From Hydrolagus colliei (lineage: Eukaryota), in contig CM068756.1 in the NCBI GenBank assembly GCA_035084275.1, positions 14,880,001 to 14,944,000 of the forward strand: DNA of 64,000 bases, in the 5' to 3' direction. Shown here one piece after another: positions 1 to 12,070 of the stretch. The stretch's first letter is position 1. Every line of letters begins with the position of its first letter. Under the pieces are notes generated by a model. The model was not told the DNA's origin, did no database searches, and saw only the letters and a program-made list of their open reading frames with translations. The position numbers were made by a program, and so were the translations under genes.

Positions 1-27
1 ATATATGTTCCTTTGTGTTCAGCATAT

Positions 28-90
28 TCAGTGACCTGGGACGTCCTCCCGACGTGAAAGGCCATCTAAAAACGTAATTTTGTTGTTGTG
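28..90 (+). mobile_element. 3' end of L2-type LINE/SINE tail
   Basis: gggacgtcctcccgacgtgaaaggc...(ttg)n matches the 3' end of the long L2 at ~22350-22414. Confidence 0.7.
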
Positions 91-494
91 TTCTAACGAA
101 GGAACATAGACCCGAAATGTTGATTCACTTTCCTTTCTCCATGATGATTTGTCGGACGCTGCTGTGCACAATTGGCTGCCATGTTTCGTCCACAAATATA
201 CAGTCAATTCAATTTACAGTATATTCTGTGAAACGCTTTGAGACGTATAGACGATGCGACACGCGCTATATCAAAGTGCAAAGATTATTATTCTTAGTTG
301 AATCGGTGGAGAGGTAATTGTTTGACATATATTACTGGGAGTTGATGCCACTGAAAAGTCCAGCATTATCCATGCACAAATGGTGTTCTGCATTCAATGA
401 TAACTTGTGACTCCCCCAGCCAGTTTATTAAATGGCAACATTTCAGTTAAACATGAGCAGCCCACAGCACTGATGATTCTATCTTTGCTCGTAG

Positions 495-910
495 CATTCA
501 AAGTAAGAATAATAATAATAATGCCTGCATTTGAAATAGCGCTTTACACATCGTATCGACATCTCAAAGCGCTTCACAGAATACCTTATACTGTAAAGAG
601 AATTGACTGTATATTTGTGAGCGAAACGCGGCAGCCAACCGCCAAACATTCGTGGATTGAAATTACCAATTTTATGATTGTGGGTTTTTTGACAGATTAT
701 TATTATTTGTGTGGAGTAAGGAAACTTGCCCAAGGTTTCGTCCTGACCTGCCTGGATTCGAACACAGGTCTCACGCTTGTAAGGCGAGTGCTCTAACCAC
801 TGAGCTCCTCAGTTTTATTGAAATGTTTCGGTTTCGATTCAGCGCGTTGCTAATATTACTCGTGTCTGGCATCCTTGTAGATTATTTCAAAATTAATCCT
901 CTATGTAGCG
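495..910 (+). pseudogene. R1: activating-type TM exon interrupted by a SINE; upstream exons presumably left of the window
   Basis: Acceptor tctttgctcgtag|CA TTC AAA G, then the SINE, then LSFIEMFRFRFSALLILLVSGILVDYFKINPLCS G|GTAAGT. Clear paralog of the uninterrupted exon at 38877-38988. Confidence 0.8.
504..808 (-). mobile_element. tRNA-derived SINE (young family)
   Basis: Minus strand: A-box-like agctcagtggttagag, B-box gttcgaatcc, core ttggctgccgcgtttc, L2-like tail aagcgctttgaga...gcgctatttcaaatgca(tta)n. Confidence 0.9.
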
Positions 911-1534
911 GTAAGTCATTAATTGATTTGGGATGCTGCCGACCTGAATTTTAAAATCGTGGCTGAGTATAGAATAACTGACCTAAAGTGAGCTGTTGAA
1001 ACATATTGAGGCTGTGCGTTAGCAAGTAAAAATGAAGAAATTGTACTGGCAAGTTGAAGCAATCACTGCTGTGTGGTGGATTGCACCCAAAATAACCAGA
1101 AGCAATTTCTTTATTTTGTAAAGAATAATATGAATATTTTGTTGTTGAAAATCTGACATTGTCACGTATATTCGAGACCTCCCAACCTTTAAGTATCAGA
1201 TCACTATTTGATTGGCATGACTTTGAACGCATTATAATTGCGGTGTCAGATGAAGCGTCAACCCTGATGATAACTGATATTTTTCTTTAATGTTCTGATC
1301 AATTATTGATTGTGATTGTCATTTGTTTCCTTCCTGATTGCTGAGTTCCCAATCAATCTGATTTGGCAATCATCTGACAAAATGTTCGCATAACGTTTTG
1401 CAAAATAGCTTTTTCTTTCCATAAACTGTTGGTTTCTAATATATTCTACATAAGGATCAAATTGTGCCGAAAACAGTGATTAATGCGGACACTCCAAATG
1501 TAGCGGAATCCAGAGGTTTGAGTCCGCGCTGATG

Positions 1535-1582
1535 GAGGAAGTGGAAGTGGGAAGCGGGAAGCGGGTTTGGGGCGAAAGATAA
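1535..1582 (+). promoter_or_regulatory. Cluster of ETS/PU.1-like GGAA sites plus a GATA site (candidate enhancer)
   Basis: GAGGAAGTGGAAGTGGGAAGCGGGAAGCGGG followed by AGATAA; motif match only. Confidence 0.3.
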
Positions 1583-1890
1583 CGGAAGGCAGCTTGACAT
1601 CGCAATTTTGTATGAAATGCAAGAATCCATGAAATCAAAAGGCTAATTATTCAACAATACAGTATTGATAAATATATATGTTATTATAGGAACAAAGTAT
1701 GAGACATCAATGATAACAGGAACATTGAAGAACCGGAAGAGAATCTCCAGTATACGTCCAACTTAAATTATTAAATAAATATAAATAATGTTACACACGA
1801 ATACTAATTGTAGATTACTTGTGCCTATAAATTACCAAATGATGCAAAATAACTGCGGCTCGAATTCAATATATTATACTGTATTTGCAG

Positions 1891-1904
1891 ATTTTAGAAC
1901 ATAG
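1891..1904 (+). pseudogene. Candidate short terminal exon of R1 (D-F-R-T-stop)
   Basis: tgtatttgcag acceptor conserved in the paralog at 39909; phase 1 fits the TM donor. Confidence 0.3.
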
Positions 1905-3179
1905 GACAGGCTTTGCATAACTGTAAGCGTTTCCAATATTAACATGAACTTTGTATTTTAATTATTTTAAGTAATAGGTTAAGATCAATCTCGAGCGGTT
2001 AATATGTCTGCGTATAACTTGGATTTCGATGAATCTCAGTGCGAGTTGCCCACCCCGAGTTTGTGACAGGCTGTAGGAGATTGTACCTGCAGCCATCAGC
2101 AGGCACACAGAGTGTGCTGGGGTATAACCACAGAGCAGATTCAGAGGCGGATTGCAGTCAAGCAACACTTACCCAATGTCACATCAGAGCCAGTGTACCC
2201 TGAGGCTAAGGATCGCTGATGCTTTGGATTGAAGAAAACCTAACGCAGCGACAAGATCGCACAGGGAACTCAGATTGTGCCGCTTATTGGAGTAAACTGG
2301 TTTTACATGTAATACCCAATGATATAAACGTAGCAATGTGCGCCTGTCACTCGCGTCTTGCAAGTTTATTAGAATGTCGCAGACGTAAACGTGTCTTTTA
2401 AGTCGGTGTTGAATTGTTTTATGAACTGTATTGTAGAATTTTTAACGGGTTATTTTCCAGATTAAAGCAACTACCACACTCAACTACCCGAAAGACGCAT
2501 TAAACTAACAAAGTCAATATTTTTGAAGAAGACGAAAAGCTTGTTTCCTCCTTGATCCACCCTGACTCTTACGAATGATGGCAGAACAGGTGTTATGGGA
2601 AACCGCGTTAAAAAAACACAAGACGCAATTAATTTACTGCAGGGCAAAGTTGTAAGTGACGATGATCTACAGTGCAGGTGCCTCATTAAATTGAATACAT
2701 AATGCTACACTTGCCGATATGAACTCTATTTCCAATTGAATTGACAAACATAAACTCAGACGCGCGCAACCTAAATGTTTATTGTTTGATTTCTGTACCG
2801 ATTATGAACGGTAATTATGTGTTCAACACTATTCCACGGAGCTGTGATTCACTCCTTAGAGACAGACTGGCATAACTCCTGATCATGATCTCAAGAAATA
2901 TCAATTCAATTGACGGGGGCGTGGGCAAGGTTTCAATCTAATGGGGAGGAATTATTGTACAAAATATGATGGGATGGGAAGTGGGGTTGAAACAGAAGCA
3001 GGGAGTTGAATACTTAGTTAGCAAAGTTGGAATGCTCACTACTGTAAGAGAGAACAACACTGCATCGGAAACATAAATTTTTTCACAGTCCTCTTACACA
3101 ATATTTTGTGGAATGATTAATTATTGCTTATATAACACCTTGTATAACGTCCGGCTATCAACGGAATCACAACAATTTA

Positions 3180-3700
3180 CATTTACAAATAGCGACTTTC
3201 ACTTCGTAAACCACCTCCTATTGTAGACACCGGGATCTGGATTAGGAGCTGGGGAGGAGGCTCTTGTCAAGGCTGGTTTTGAAATCAATCAGTGGCCGGG
3301 GGGAGGGTGGGGGCGGGATCCCGACTGAAGTTTCAAACAGAAGCGAAAGGGTTGTCTGAAAGTTCTCCCATCTCCCGGGTTATGGCAGATCTGTCATTGG
3401 GTCATGGGATACTTGTGTATCTGCTGAACGGTTGAAGTAAAACGACAGTGAAGCCATTTTATCGTTAGCTATGGTTCCGGAGTTGGGCGCTCTGGGGATG
3501 GGAAGCCAGTGAAATCAAACCAGGATTGAGGTGTTATAAGTCTGATGAATGCTTCAGGATCACGACAGGCTAGGGGGGCGACGGTGATTGATTCAGGTGA
3601 TGTTGGGAATGTGCAGGAAACCTAACGATTGACAGTCAGGAAGGATAGTTGATTTTTGGAGGTCAGGTGATGTCTGGCATGTGCACCTTGTTTAGCAGTT
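3180..3700 (-). mobile_element. Old degraded L2 remnant (also at ~40650-41200)
   Basis: Minus-strand FHWLPIP-like and tttcaaaaccagcctt segments typical of L2 ORF2 3' region. Confidence 0.45.
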
Positions 3701-4047
3701 TCCAACCACAAATGAGAGTTGCATTTATTTTATAGAAACATAAACGTTTATGTGTACCCAAAGCGCAAACACAAGAGGAAGCACATGGATAATGAAGAGG
3801 AGGGAGCTCCTCTGATGAGATAATACACAGTGTCCAGTGAATCAGGAAAAACATGGTCGAATACAGAGAATCCGAAAGCAAATGAATAATAAAATTATTG
3901 AAATCTAGTTTTCCATGATTACGTGATGGTTCTAATAATCTTCGGATTCGAAGCAAAACTGCAAAGTTAAAGCGGTTCACAGGCTGGTATTGTCAGGTGT
4001 CATTACTGTGTCTCGTCTCTGCACTTTACACTGTGCTATGTGAAGTG

Positions 4048-4240
4048 GAGCCATATAGCGGTAGTTAGAGCACTCGCCTTTTAAGAACTGGGTTCAACTC
4101 CTGGCAGGGTGACAACTTGAGTAAGTTTCGATCCTCCACACACCTAATAATAATCCCTCAATGCATTTTGCCCACACATATACTGTCAAGTAGGTTTACA
4201 ATAAACACTGTGTGTCGCTTTGAGACATCTTTGAGATGCC
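4048..4240 (+). mobile_element. tRNA-derived SINE, degraded
   Basis: ggagccatatagcggtagttagagcactcgcc...gggttcaactcc head; tail gctttgagac. Confidence 0.75.
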
Positions 4241-4336
4241 CCCACACTCTGGAACTCCATCCCACAGTCTGTTCACCATGCTTGCCTTGATCAAGGACTG
4301 TCTGAAGACTCTTCTCTTCGATTGTGCTTTCATAGT

Positions 4337-4615
4337 ATCATAGAATCATAGAATCTTATGGCACAAAAGGAGATCGTTTGGCCCTTCGAGTCCAATTTCT
4401 CCTCACCTCCCCTCTGCTTCTTTTTAAAACTATTTAAATCTGTGACCACCAATCACTGATACACCCACCAGCGGAAACAATTTTTCCCTATCTACGCTGT
4501 CGATACCCTCATGATCTTAAAAACCTCTATTAGGTCTCCCCGTAACTTTCTCTGTTCCAATGAGAATAAACCTAGCCTCTCTAGCCTTTCCTCATAACTG
4601 AAGTTCCTCATAACT
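4337..4615 (-). mobile_element. CR1 LINE 3' fragment
   Basis: (tcatagaa)n tail, i.e. (ttctatga)n on minus, plus similarity to the 3' part of the CR1 at 5004-6800. Confidence 0.8.
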
Positions 4616-5003
4616 TTCTGCCATCCTCCCAACCATCACCCCCCCCCCCCTAACTCTGCCTCTCTGCTTGTCCCTGCACTGACTGTCCCCACTGTTTGGG
4701 TCTCGACCTGACTGTTCGGCACCTTGGACATCGCCCGATGTGAAAAGCGCTCTATAAATGTAATTTTGTTGGTGTTGTTGTTGCCCAGAAGCGAGAAAAG
4801 CTGTATATTACAAACAAGGATTTTTTATTTATTATTAAGTGGTTCAAGACATCCACCACACAAAACAGGAAATATTTCAAATATAAACACTATTTTATTT
4901 CATGTTGGACACTGCACTGCAATGTTAGCCCAGTCTATCAGTTTAATTGAGATTCGAGTTTGGAAACCACTATCTGTTGCTTCAGGGACAATTGTGCTGT
5001 CAA

Positions 5004-6800
5004 GGTTGGTCAAGGATAGGGTGGGGCCAATTAGGGATCTAGGAGGAAATCTCATTGTGGAGGCAGAGGGCATGGCTGATGTACTGAATGAGTACTTCGC
5101 CTCTGTCTTCACAAAAGAAAAGGATACAGCCAATGTCATGGTATTAGAGGAGAGGGTAGGAGAAATGGATAGAATAATTATAACCAGAGAGGAACTTCTA
5201 AACAGTTTGACGTTGCTCAAGGTGGATAAGTCACCTGGTCCGGATGGGATGCACCCTAGGTTACTAAGTGAGGCACGGGAGCAAATAGCAGGGACTCTGG
5301 CCACGATCTTTCAATCTTCCTTGGACACAGGGGTCGTGCCAGAGGACTGGAGGATAGCTAATGTTACTCCCTTGTATGAAAAGGGGCAGAAGGACAAGCC
5401 TGGTAACTACAGACCAGTCAGTCTAACGTCGGTAGTGGGCAAACTTCTAGAGTCCATAATCAGGGACAAGGTAGATCTTCACTTAGAAAGATATAGGCTA
5501 ATAAAGGACAGTCAACATGGATTTGTTAAAGGCAAATCTTGCCTTACAAATCTGATAGAATTTTTTGATCAGGTAACGGAATGGGTGGATAATGGTAGCG
5601 CAGTTGATGTAGTTTACATGGACTTTCAAAAGGCATTTGACAAAGTGCCACATGAGAGACTTATTAGGAAATTAAAGGCCCATGGCGTAAAAGGGACAGT
5701 GGCTGCGTGGATCCACAACCGGCTGCGAGACAGAAAGCAGAGAGTTGTAGTGAGCAGCTGTTTTTCAGATTGGAGGGAAGTGAGCAGTGGTGTGCCACAG
5801 GGATCAGTTTTGGGACCATTGCTGTTTGTAATCTAGATCAATGATCTGGACTTGGGTGTACGGAGTACAGTTTCCAAGTTTGCAGATGACACTAAGTTAG
5901 GGAGAATAGTAAATAGTGAGGAGGATAGTAGCCATCTGCAAGAGGATATAGCCAAATTGGTAAAGTGGGCAGACACATGGCAGATGAAGTTTAATGCAGA
6001 GAAGTGTGAGGTGATGCATTTTGGGAGAAGAAATGAAGGGAGGCAATATAGGCTAGATAGTAAAATTTTAAATGGTGTGAAGGAACAGAGAGACCTGGGG
6101 ATTTGTGTTAGTGACTCGTTGAAGGTGGCAGGACAGGTAGACAAGGCTGTTAAGAAGGCATATGGGATACTAGGCTTTATAAATAGGGGTATAGAGTACA
6201 AAAGTCAGGAAGTGCTGACTAACCTCTATAAGACTTTGGTGAGGCCTCAGCTGGAATACTGTGTTCAATTCTGGTCACCACACTACAGAAAGGATGTGAA
6301 GGCATTGGAAAGGGTACAACGAAGATTTACTAGGATGGTGCTAGGATTGAGGGACTTCAGCTATGAGGAGAGGCTAGATAGGCTAGGGTTATTCTCTCTG
6401 GAGCAGAGAAGATTGAGGGGAGACCTAATAGAGGTTTATAAGATCATGAGGGGTTTCGACAGGGAAAATAGAGAAAAACTATTTCCACTCGTGGGTGAAT
6501 CTGTGACTCGTGGTCACAGATTTAAAATAGTTTCAAGGCGAAGTAGAGGGGAGCTGAGGAGAAATTTTTTCACTTAGCGAGTTGTTCGAATCTGGAATGC
6601 ATTGCCTGAAAAGGTGGTGGAGGCTGATTCGATAACAACTTTTAAAAGGGAATTAGATCTGTATTTCGGGAGAACAGGTCTATTAGGCTATGGGGAGCGG
6701 GCAGGGCAGTGGGATTGAATCGCTCTTTTCAAAGAGCCGGCACAGACTAGATGGGCCGAATGGCCTCCTTTTGTGCCGTAAAATTCTATGAATCTATGAA
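5004..6800 (+). mobile_element. CR1 LINE, 5'-truncated, RT region with two nonsense codons
   Basis: ORFs 4724-5836 and 5852-6577 give PGPDG, YRPVSLTS, DFQKAFDKVPH, GVPQGSVLGP, FADD. TAG at 5834 and 6575; tail attctatgaatctatgaa. Empty site gtgctgtcaa|ctgaactgaa seen at ~7640. Confidence 0.95.
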
Positions 6801-7179
6801 CTGATCTGAATGTACTATACAGTTTATAAGTTTCCCCAAATCACGGAGTTATTGATTAGAATTATTCAGTGCGGTTTCGTTTCATCAACTTTTTCGAAGT
6901 CAAATCTAAATATTCTACTGGTTAACCACTTGTTTCTTTCAATTCAATAAATAAACTGCAGAGGGAGTCAAAAGCTTAATATAGTTTCAGCTGCAAATAC
7001 ATTAGGGTACTGCATTAATTCTTTCCATCACGAACTGGTCAACAGCAATCAAAATGATGATAATCCCTATCAACCTGCCCACCTCTTCCTACTCTGCCTA
7101 CTCCATGTCCCCAGATCTGCTCCATGGATTGGCGGATGGCTTTCCTGTAATGAAACCTTAAAAAACAAGAAATAATTTT

Positions 7180-8130
7180 GTCGTCGTTGTTGTGTTCTAA
7201 CGAAGGATCGTAGACCCGAAATGTTGATTTACTTTCATTTCTCCATGACTGTTTGTGGGGCACTGCTGTGCGCAATTGGCTGTCACTTTTCATCCACAAA
7301 TATATACCGGTAGTCAATTCACTTTACAGTATATTCTGTGAAGCGCTTTGACGTGAAGACGTGAAACGCACTTTATCAAAATGCAAGAATTGTTATTATT
7401 ATCATTATTAGTTGAATCAGTGTATCAGTAATTGTTTGACTTATATGATAGAGAGTTGATGCTACTGAAAAGTCCAGCATTATCCATGCGCAAATGCATT
7501 TGAATGATAAAGTTAAACACATAATAGGAGATATTTCAAATATAAACACTATTTGATTTCATGTTGGAGAGTGCACTGCAATGCTAGCCTAGTCTATCAG
7601 TTTAATTCAGATTCCAGTTTGGAAACCGCTATCTGTTGCTTCAGGAACAATTGTGCTGTCAACTGAACTGAATTTACATTTAAACCACAATGGTAGTATA
7701 TGTTTATTACCCTGTTATTACTGTGCTCTCCCCATCCAATTGAATTACTTCTATTTTGCACTGAACACTCCACTTTATATAAGTTACTTTATATAAGTTG
7801 CACAACATGATAGAGTTATTGATTAGAATTATTCAGTGCGGGTTCCTCTCATCAAAGTATTTTGACATTGAATCTAGATATTGTAATGGTGAACCACTTG
7901 TTTCTTTCAATTCAATAAATAAACCTTAGTTTCAGCAGCAAATAAATTAGAGTGCTGCATTAATTATTTCCATCACAAGCCGGTCAATAGCAACAAAAAT
8001 GATCATAATCCCAATGAACCTGGCCACCCCCTCCATTCAGCGGTGTCCAGTCTGCCCCCAGGTTCCCTGGGCTGCTCCATGGATTGGCGGGTGGTTTTCC
8101 CGGGAGCAATGATACTTTAAAAAATAATAA
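7180..8130 (+). repeat. Internally deleted tandem duplicate of the 80-7180 block
   Basis: 7180-7510 aligns to 80-405; 7520-8130 aligns to 4860-5003 plus 6801-7170. Confidence 0.8.
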
Positions 8131-9429
8131 ATCATCTTTTTTCTAAAAAAATTGGTTACTCAATCTACCACTGTTTGTGAGATACCCCAGGATGAAATTT
8201 GATATGGCGATTCACCCACAAAATGTACAGTTAAATTTTTCATTGTAATCATAATCATAATAATAACCTCAATAATATGCCATTTCTGGCAAGTCACCCA
8301 CCGTTTATCCATCTAGTAAAACCATATGAGTTAGGGCTTTGGGCTGCAGTGCTAACAGTGTTGCAATGTGAAGAATCCCTGCTCCCAGAGGGCCTGCTCC
8401 TCCAAGCAGTGCTGATGAGCCATTCTGGCTGGTCTATATCAGCAATGCTCTGGAATCCATCAAAATATTTGTATTGTACTTTGTATTGTCAAAAAATATC
8501 CTAGTATTTCCAATAATATGTTTCCCTTACATTCAGTAATGACTGTGTAATTGACCACCTTAGGTTAATTTTTGAGTGTGGGGTGCGATACCATAACTTA
8601 CATTTGAGATCATCTTTGCATCAAATATGACCAGGAAATGTAGGATAAAGATGGATGCTATTTCATTTTGTTTGCATCACTGACCTCAAAACTACTGGAG
8701 TATCAAGTATATTAAACCTCATAAAATCTGTGCATGGCTGTTGGTGTTTAAATGTTCTTTCTAAGCACTTGGGCAATAAACTCCTCTTATCATCTCCAAA
8801 CATCGTCTACCTCCTCTAACCAATTATACCATTAAAATTGTCTTTGTTGGGCAAGCTGTCAGCAATATTAAGTGTAAACTCAGCAAATTCATGGTTGTCA
8901 AAAGCTTGCAGCAGGTGTAAAATACTATTAAATGCTAAACACAATACTATATAGTCAAAAAAATTATTTGAGACGTTGAGGAAAGTAAATTGGAAGTATA
9001 AATTTAGCATAAATTGATGATCATCCCCTAAGGAGAAAGGAGAGTTAAAGGAATTTCCAAGGAAGACAATTACGATATGGATTGCTTCTGTTGTAAACAG
9101 ACTCCCCTCACTTCCCCCTTTTGATTTGGGTGATAATATGGACAGTATTTAAAATGAAATTTATAGACGTCTCAAAATGCTTCATAGGATGTACCATGAA
9201 GTCAATTGACAGTGTATTGTGTAGGCAAAATGGAGCAGCCAATTTTCCACAAACCGTGTTAATTCAGATTTTCACAAATTTACTTTTTATTTGGTTTGAA
9301 ATTCAGACTGCTTGTCCTAGCTGTAAAATGACAGTGTTCTTGGATGGATTGTGATTACTAACATAGTTTCTGCTCTGGTTGATAATACTCCAGTTCAATT
9401 TTGTATTTGTTCCACAGATGTCTAATAAT

Positions 9430-9725
9430 AACCCTTGCATTTGATATAGTGCTTTATCACGTCTTCTGGATGTCTCAAAGTGCTTCAGAGAATATACCGT
9501 AGAGTAAATTGACTGTATATTTTGTGTGTGAAGCTCAGCAGCCAATTGCACTCAGCACTGGTCTACAAACAGTTGTGGATTGAAATGACCAATTTTTTTG
9601 TTTTGTTCAGAGGGATTATTAATAGGTTTGTGAAATAAGGAAACTTGACCAAGGTTTTGCCCTACCTGAAATTGAACCCAGGCCACTTGTTTGCAAGACG
9701 AGTGCTCTAATCACTGAGCTTCAGG
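9430..9725 (-). mobile_element. tRNA-derived SINE
   Basis: Same head, core and tail as 504-808. Confidence 0.8.
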
Positions 9726-9984
9726 TCTCCACTCTATGTGGGATATTGCTGCACACAAATTGACTAGTGTCTTCTCTTGTAAAATACACGGTCAGTACAC
9801 TTTATGATCAATCCTGTCCTCCTCACATGAAAGGCGCTAGATTAAATAAAATTATTATGATTAATAGTTTCCAACTGTCATTCTGTCATTCTGTCCTGTT
9901 AAAAACATAGGAGGTGGATATGAAAGATCTCATGTCACGACTCACATTGAAGTTTGTCCCAGTATCCTGGCCATCAATGGAGTG

Positions 9985-10280
9985 GAGTCCTGCAGCTCAG
10001 ACTTTAGTGCAACCACCTTACAAAGGTGGTTGTACCACCTCAATTCCAGGGATGTTGAAATTTTGCACAAGTTTCCTTACTCCACACGCTAATAATAATT
10101 TCTCCCCCGACAAACAAGTTGGTCATTTGAATCCATGACTATTTGTGGGACATGGCTGTGCACAATTCGCTGCTGTGTTTCACTCACAAATATGCAATCA
10201 ATTCACTGTATTCTGTGAAGCGCATTGAGACACTTAGAACATGTGAAAAACAATATATCAAATGCAAGGATAATTAATAT
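9985..10280 (+). mobile_element. tRNA-derived SINE, degraded
   Basis: ggagtcctgcagctcag head, gtttccttactccacac, tail gtgaagcgcattgagac. Confidence 0.75.
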
Positions 10281-10737
10281 TATTAATTTGGGATATCCCC
10301 CAGACGTGAATAGTGATGTATCAAATCCAAGGATTATTGTCAGTAATATTGTCTTAAGTGTTGAGTTTAGGTTAAAATGCCTATCTCCAGAAGTGGTATC
10401 TGATGATGCAGTACATCTACAGGATAGTTTGAATCCTACATTTAAATTAGTTGTCGTAGGTCTGGAGGAATTGTTTTGAAATGATACTTGAAATAAAATG
10501 AAATAAATAGTTTTGCACCAAATAAAGCTCAGAAGGAGGGGAAAATTCTGTTAAACTGAATGTGATTCTTTCGTTTTGAGGAAATTATTTTTGACCTGAG
10601 TGAAAAGTAAAAACATTTAAATAAACAACAGAGTAAAGGATCTGATTTAATTTGAAATTTACAGCTGGTTTGGCTAGTTTGGGGTGAGTGGAGGGATGTG
10701 GCTCAGGCAGCTTCCTGGCTGCCGCAACCCCTGAAAT

Positions 10738-11055
10738 GGAGCTCCAGTAGCTCAGCGGATAGAGCACTGGCTTTACAAGCATGAGACCTGTGTTCGAATC
10801 CAGGCAGGCCAGGGCGAAACCTTCGACAAGTTTCCTTACTCCACATGCCTAATAATAATTCCATCAACAAAAACAATAATAACAAATTGGTCATTTCAAT
10901 CCACGACTGTTTGTGAGACACTGCTGTGCGCAATTGGCTGCTGCATTTCGCCCACAGATATACAGTCAATTCACTTTACAGTATATTCTGTGAAGCGCTT
11001 TGAGGCATTGAAAGATGTGAAAAAGTGCTGTATCAAATGCAAGGATGATTATTAA
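10738..11055 (+). mobile_element. tRNA-derived SINE, full length
   Basis: tagctcagcggatagagc A-box, gttcgaatcc B-box, core gcaattggctgctgcatttc, L2-like tail. Confidence 0.9.
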
Positions 11056-11930
11056 ATTCAAAAATGAGAGTAATAACAACAATGATTTCTCTATTCATTA
11101 ATTTATTTATTCAGGGACAGACGTATTCATTTTATATTTAAATGTAAATTAATTTTAATGCATATCTCTCAAAAAGCGAACACAGAAATAGCTCCTCATA
11201 TTTTACCTGATTTGCTTTTTGCCTGAGACCTATTGTGGCATATCTTGATGTTGATTTTGAAATCATATCTCAAAACTTTCCACCTTCTGATACTCGTAAA
11301 TAGAATCGATTTCGAAACACGGTTGTATATAGGACAGTGCGGTGGGCAGTAGAACTATAGCGAATGTTGTGCAATCCGATATAGTGAGTAATATTTCTCA
11401 CACACCTGAATGTGTTTGTTTTTGTTGTAAGGCTCAGATCAGCTCAGTCTTTATATGCTAGAAAATAATCTGAAATAAAAACAGAGACAGTTACACTTTT
11501 ATTTTGCACAAACATCTACTAAATGCGATCAAATGTGAAGTATTCATGGAAGTTAGATCTGTTTTCCGAGATGTATTGAATTATTTTCAGTGCAATTGTG
11601 GAAACAATGAAAACCCACTATTACAAAGTAAATTATATACTGTACATTCAAACATTATTCATATATATAGATATATAGATATATAAACATGTCGATATAC
11701 TGATCTAACATATGTGTGTATATATAATAGAAAACATCAAAAGGGGAATATTTTCAGTGATGTAGATCAAACAAATATTATAGGCTTATTGCCTTTTTCA
11801 CTTTCCAGTGAAGCGGGAGATTGCTGCACTGAGAAATTCTCAAAAACTGTGGAGGATCGACAGCATCACATCGGTGAATATCTACCCATGAAAAAAATAA
11901 CATGGAGTATAGACACAGTTAGTAATCATA

Positions 11931-12070
11931 GAATCATAGAATCATAGAATTTTACGGCACAAAAGGAGGCCATTCGGCCCATCTAGTCTGTGCCGGCTCT
12001 TTGAAAAGAGCGATTCAATCCCACTGCCCTGCCCGCTCCCCATAGCCTAATAGACCCGTTCTCCCTAGAA
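11931..12070 (-). mobile_element. CR1 3' stub (~140 bp) of the same young family
   Basis: Near-identical to the 3' ends of the CR1 copies at 6800 and 45101, with (aatcatag)n tail. Confidence 0.9.

Noticed and set aside
8816-9010. ORF with FTLNIADSLP, faintly like a V-domain E strand
   Set aside because: No Cys/Trp framework, YYC or splice context.
10738-10815. tRNA-like sequences (Val-TAC/Ala-TGC-like loops) here and at ~36340, 41400, 55960 and 61340-61414
   Set aside because: They have A/B boxes but no acceptor-stem pairing, and continue into a shared SINE body and LINE tail, so they are SINE heads rather than tRNA genes.
11809-11873. Plus-strand exon-like segment VKREIAALRNSQKLWRIDSITS after a strong acceptor
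   Set aside because: No partner exons or recognisable homology; compatible with chance.
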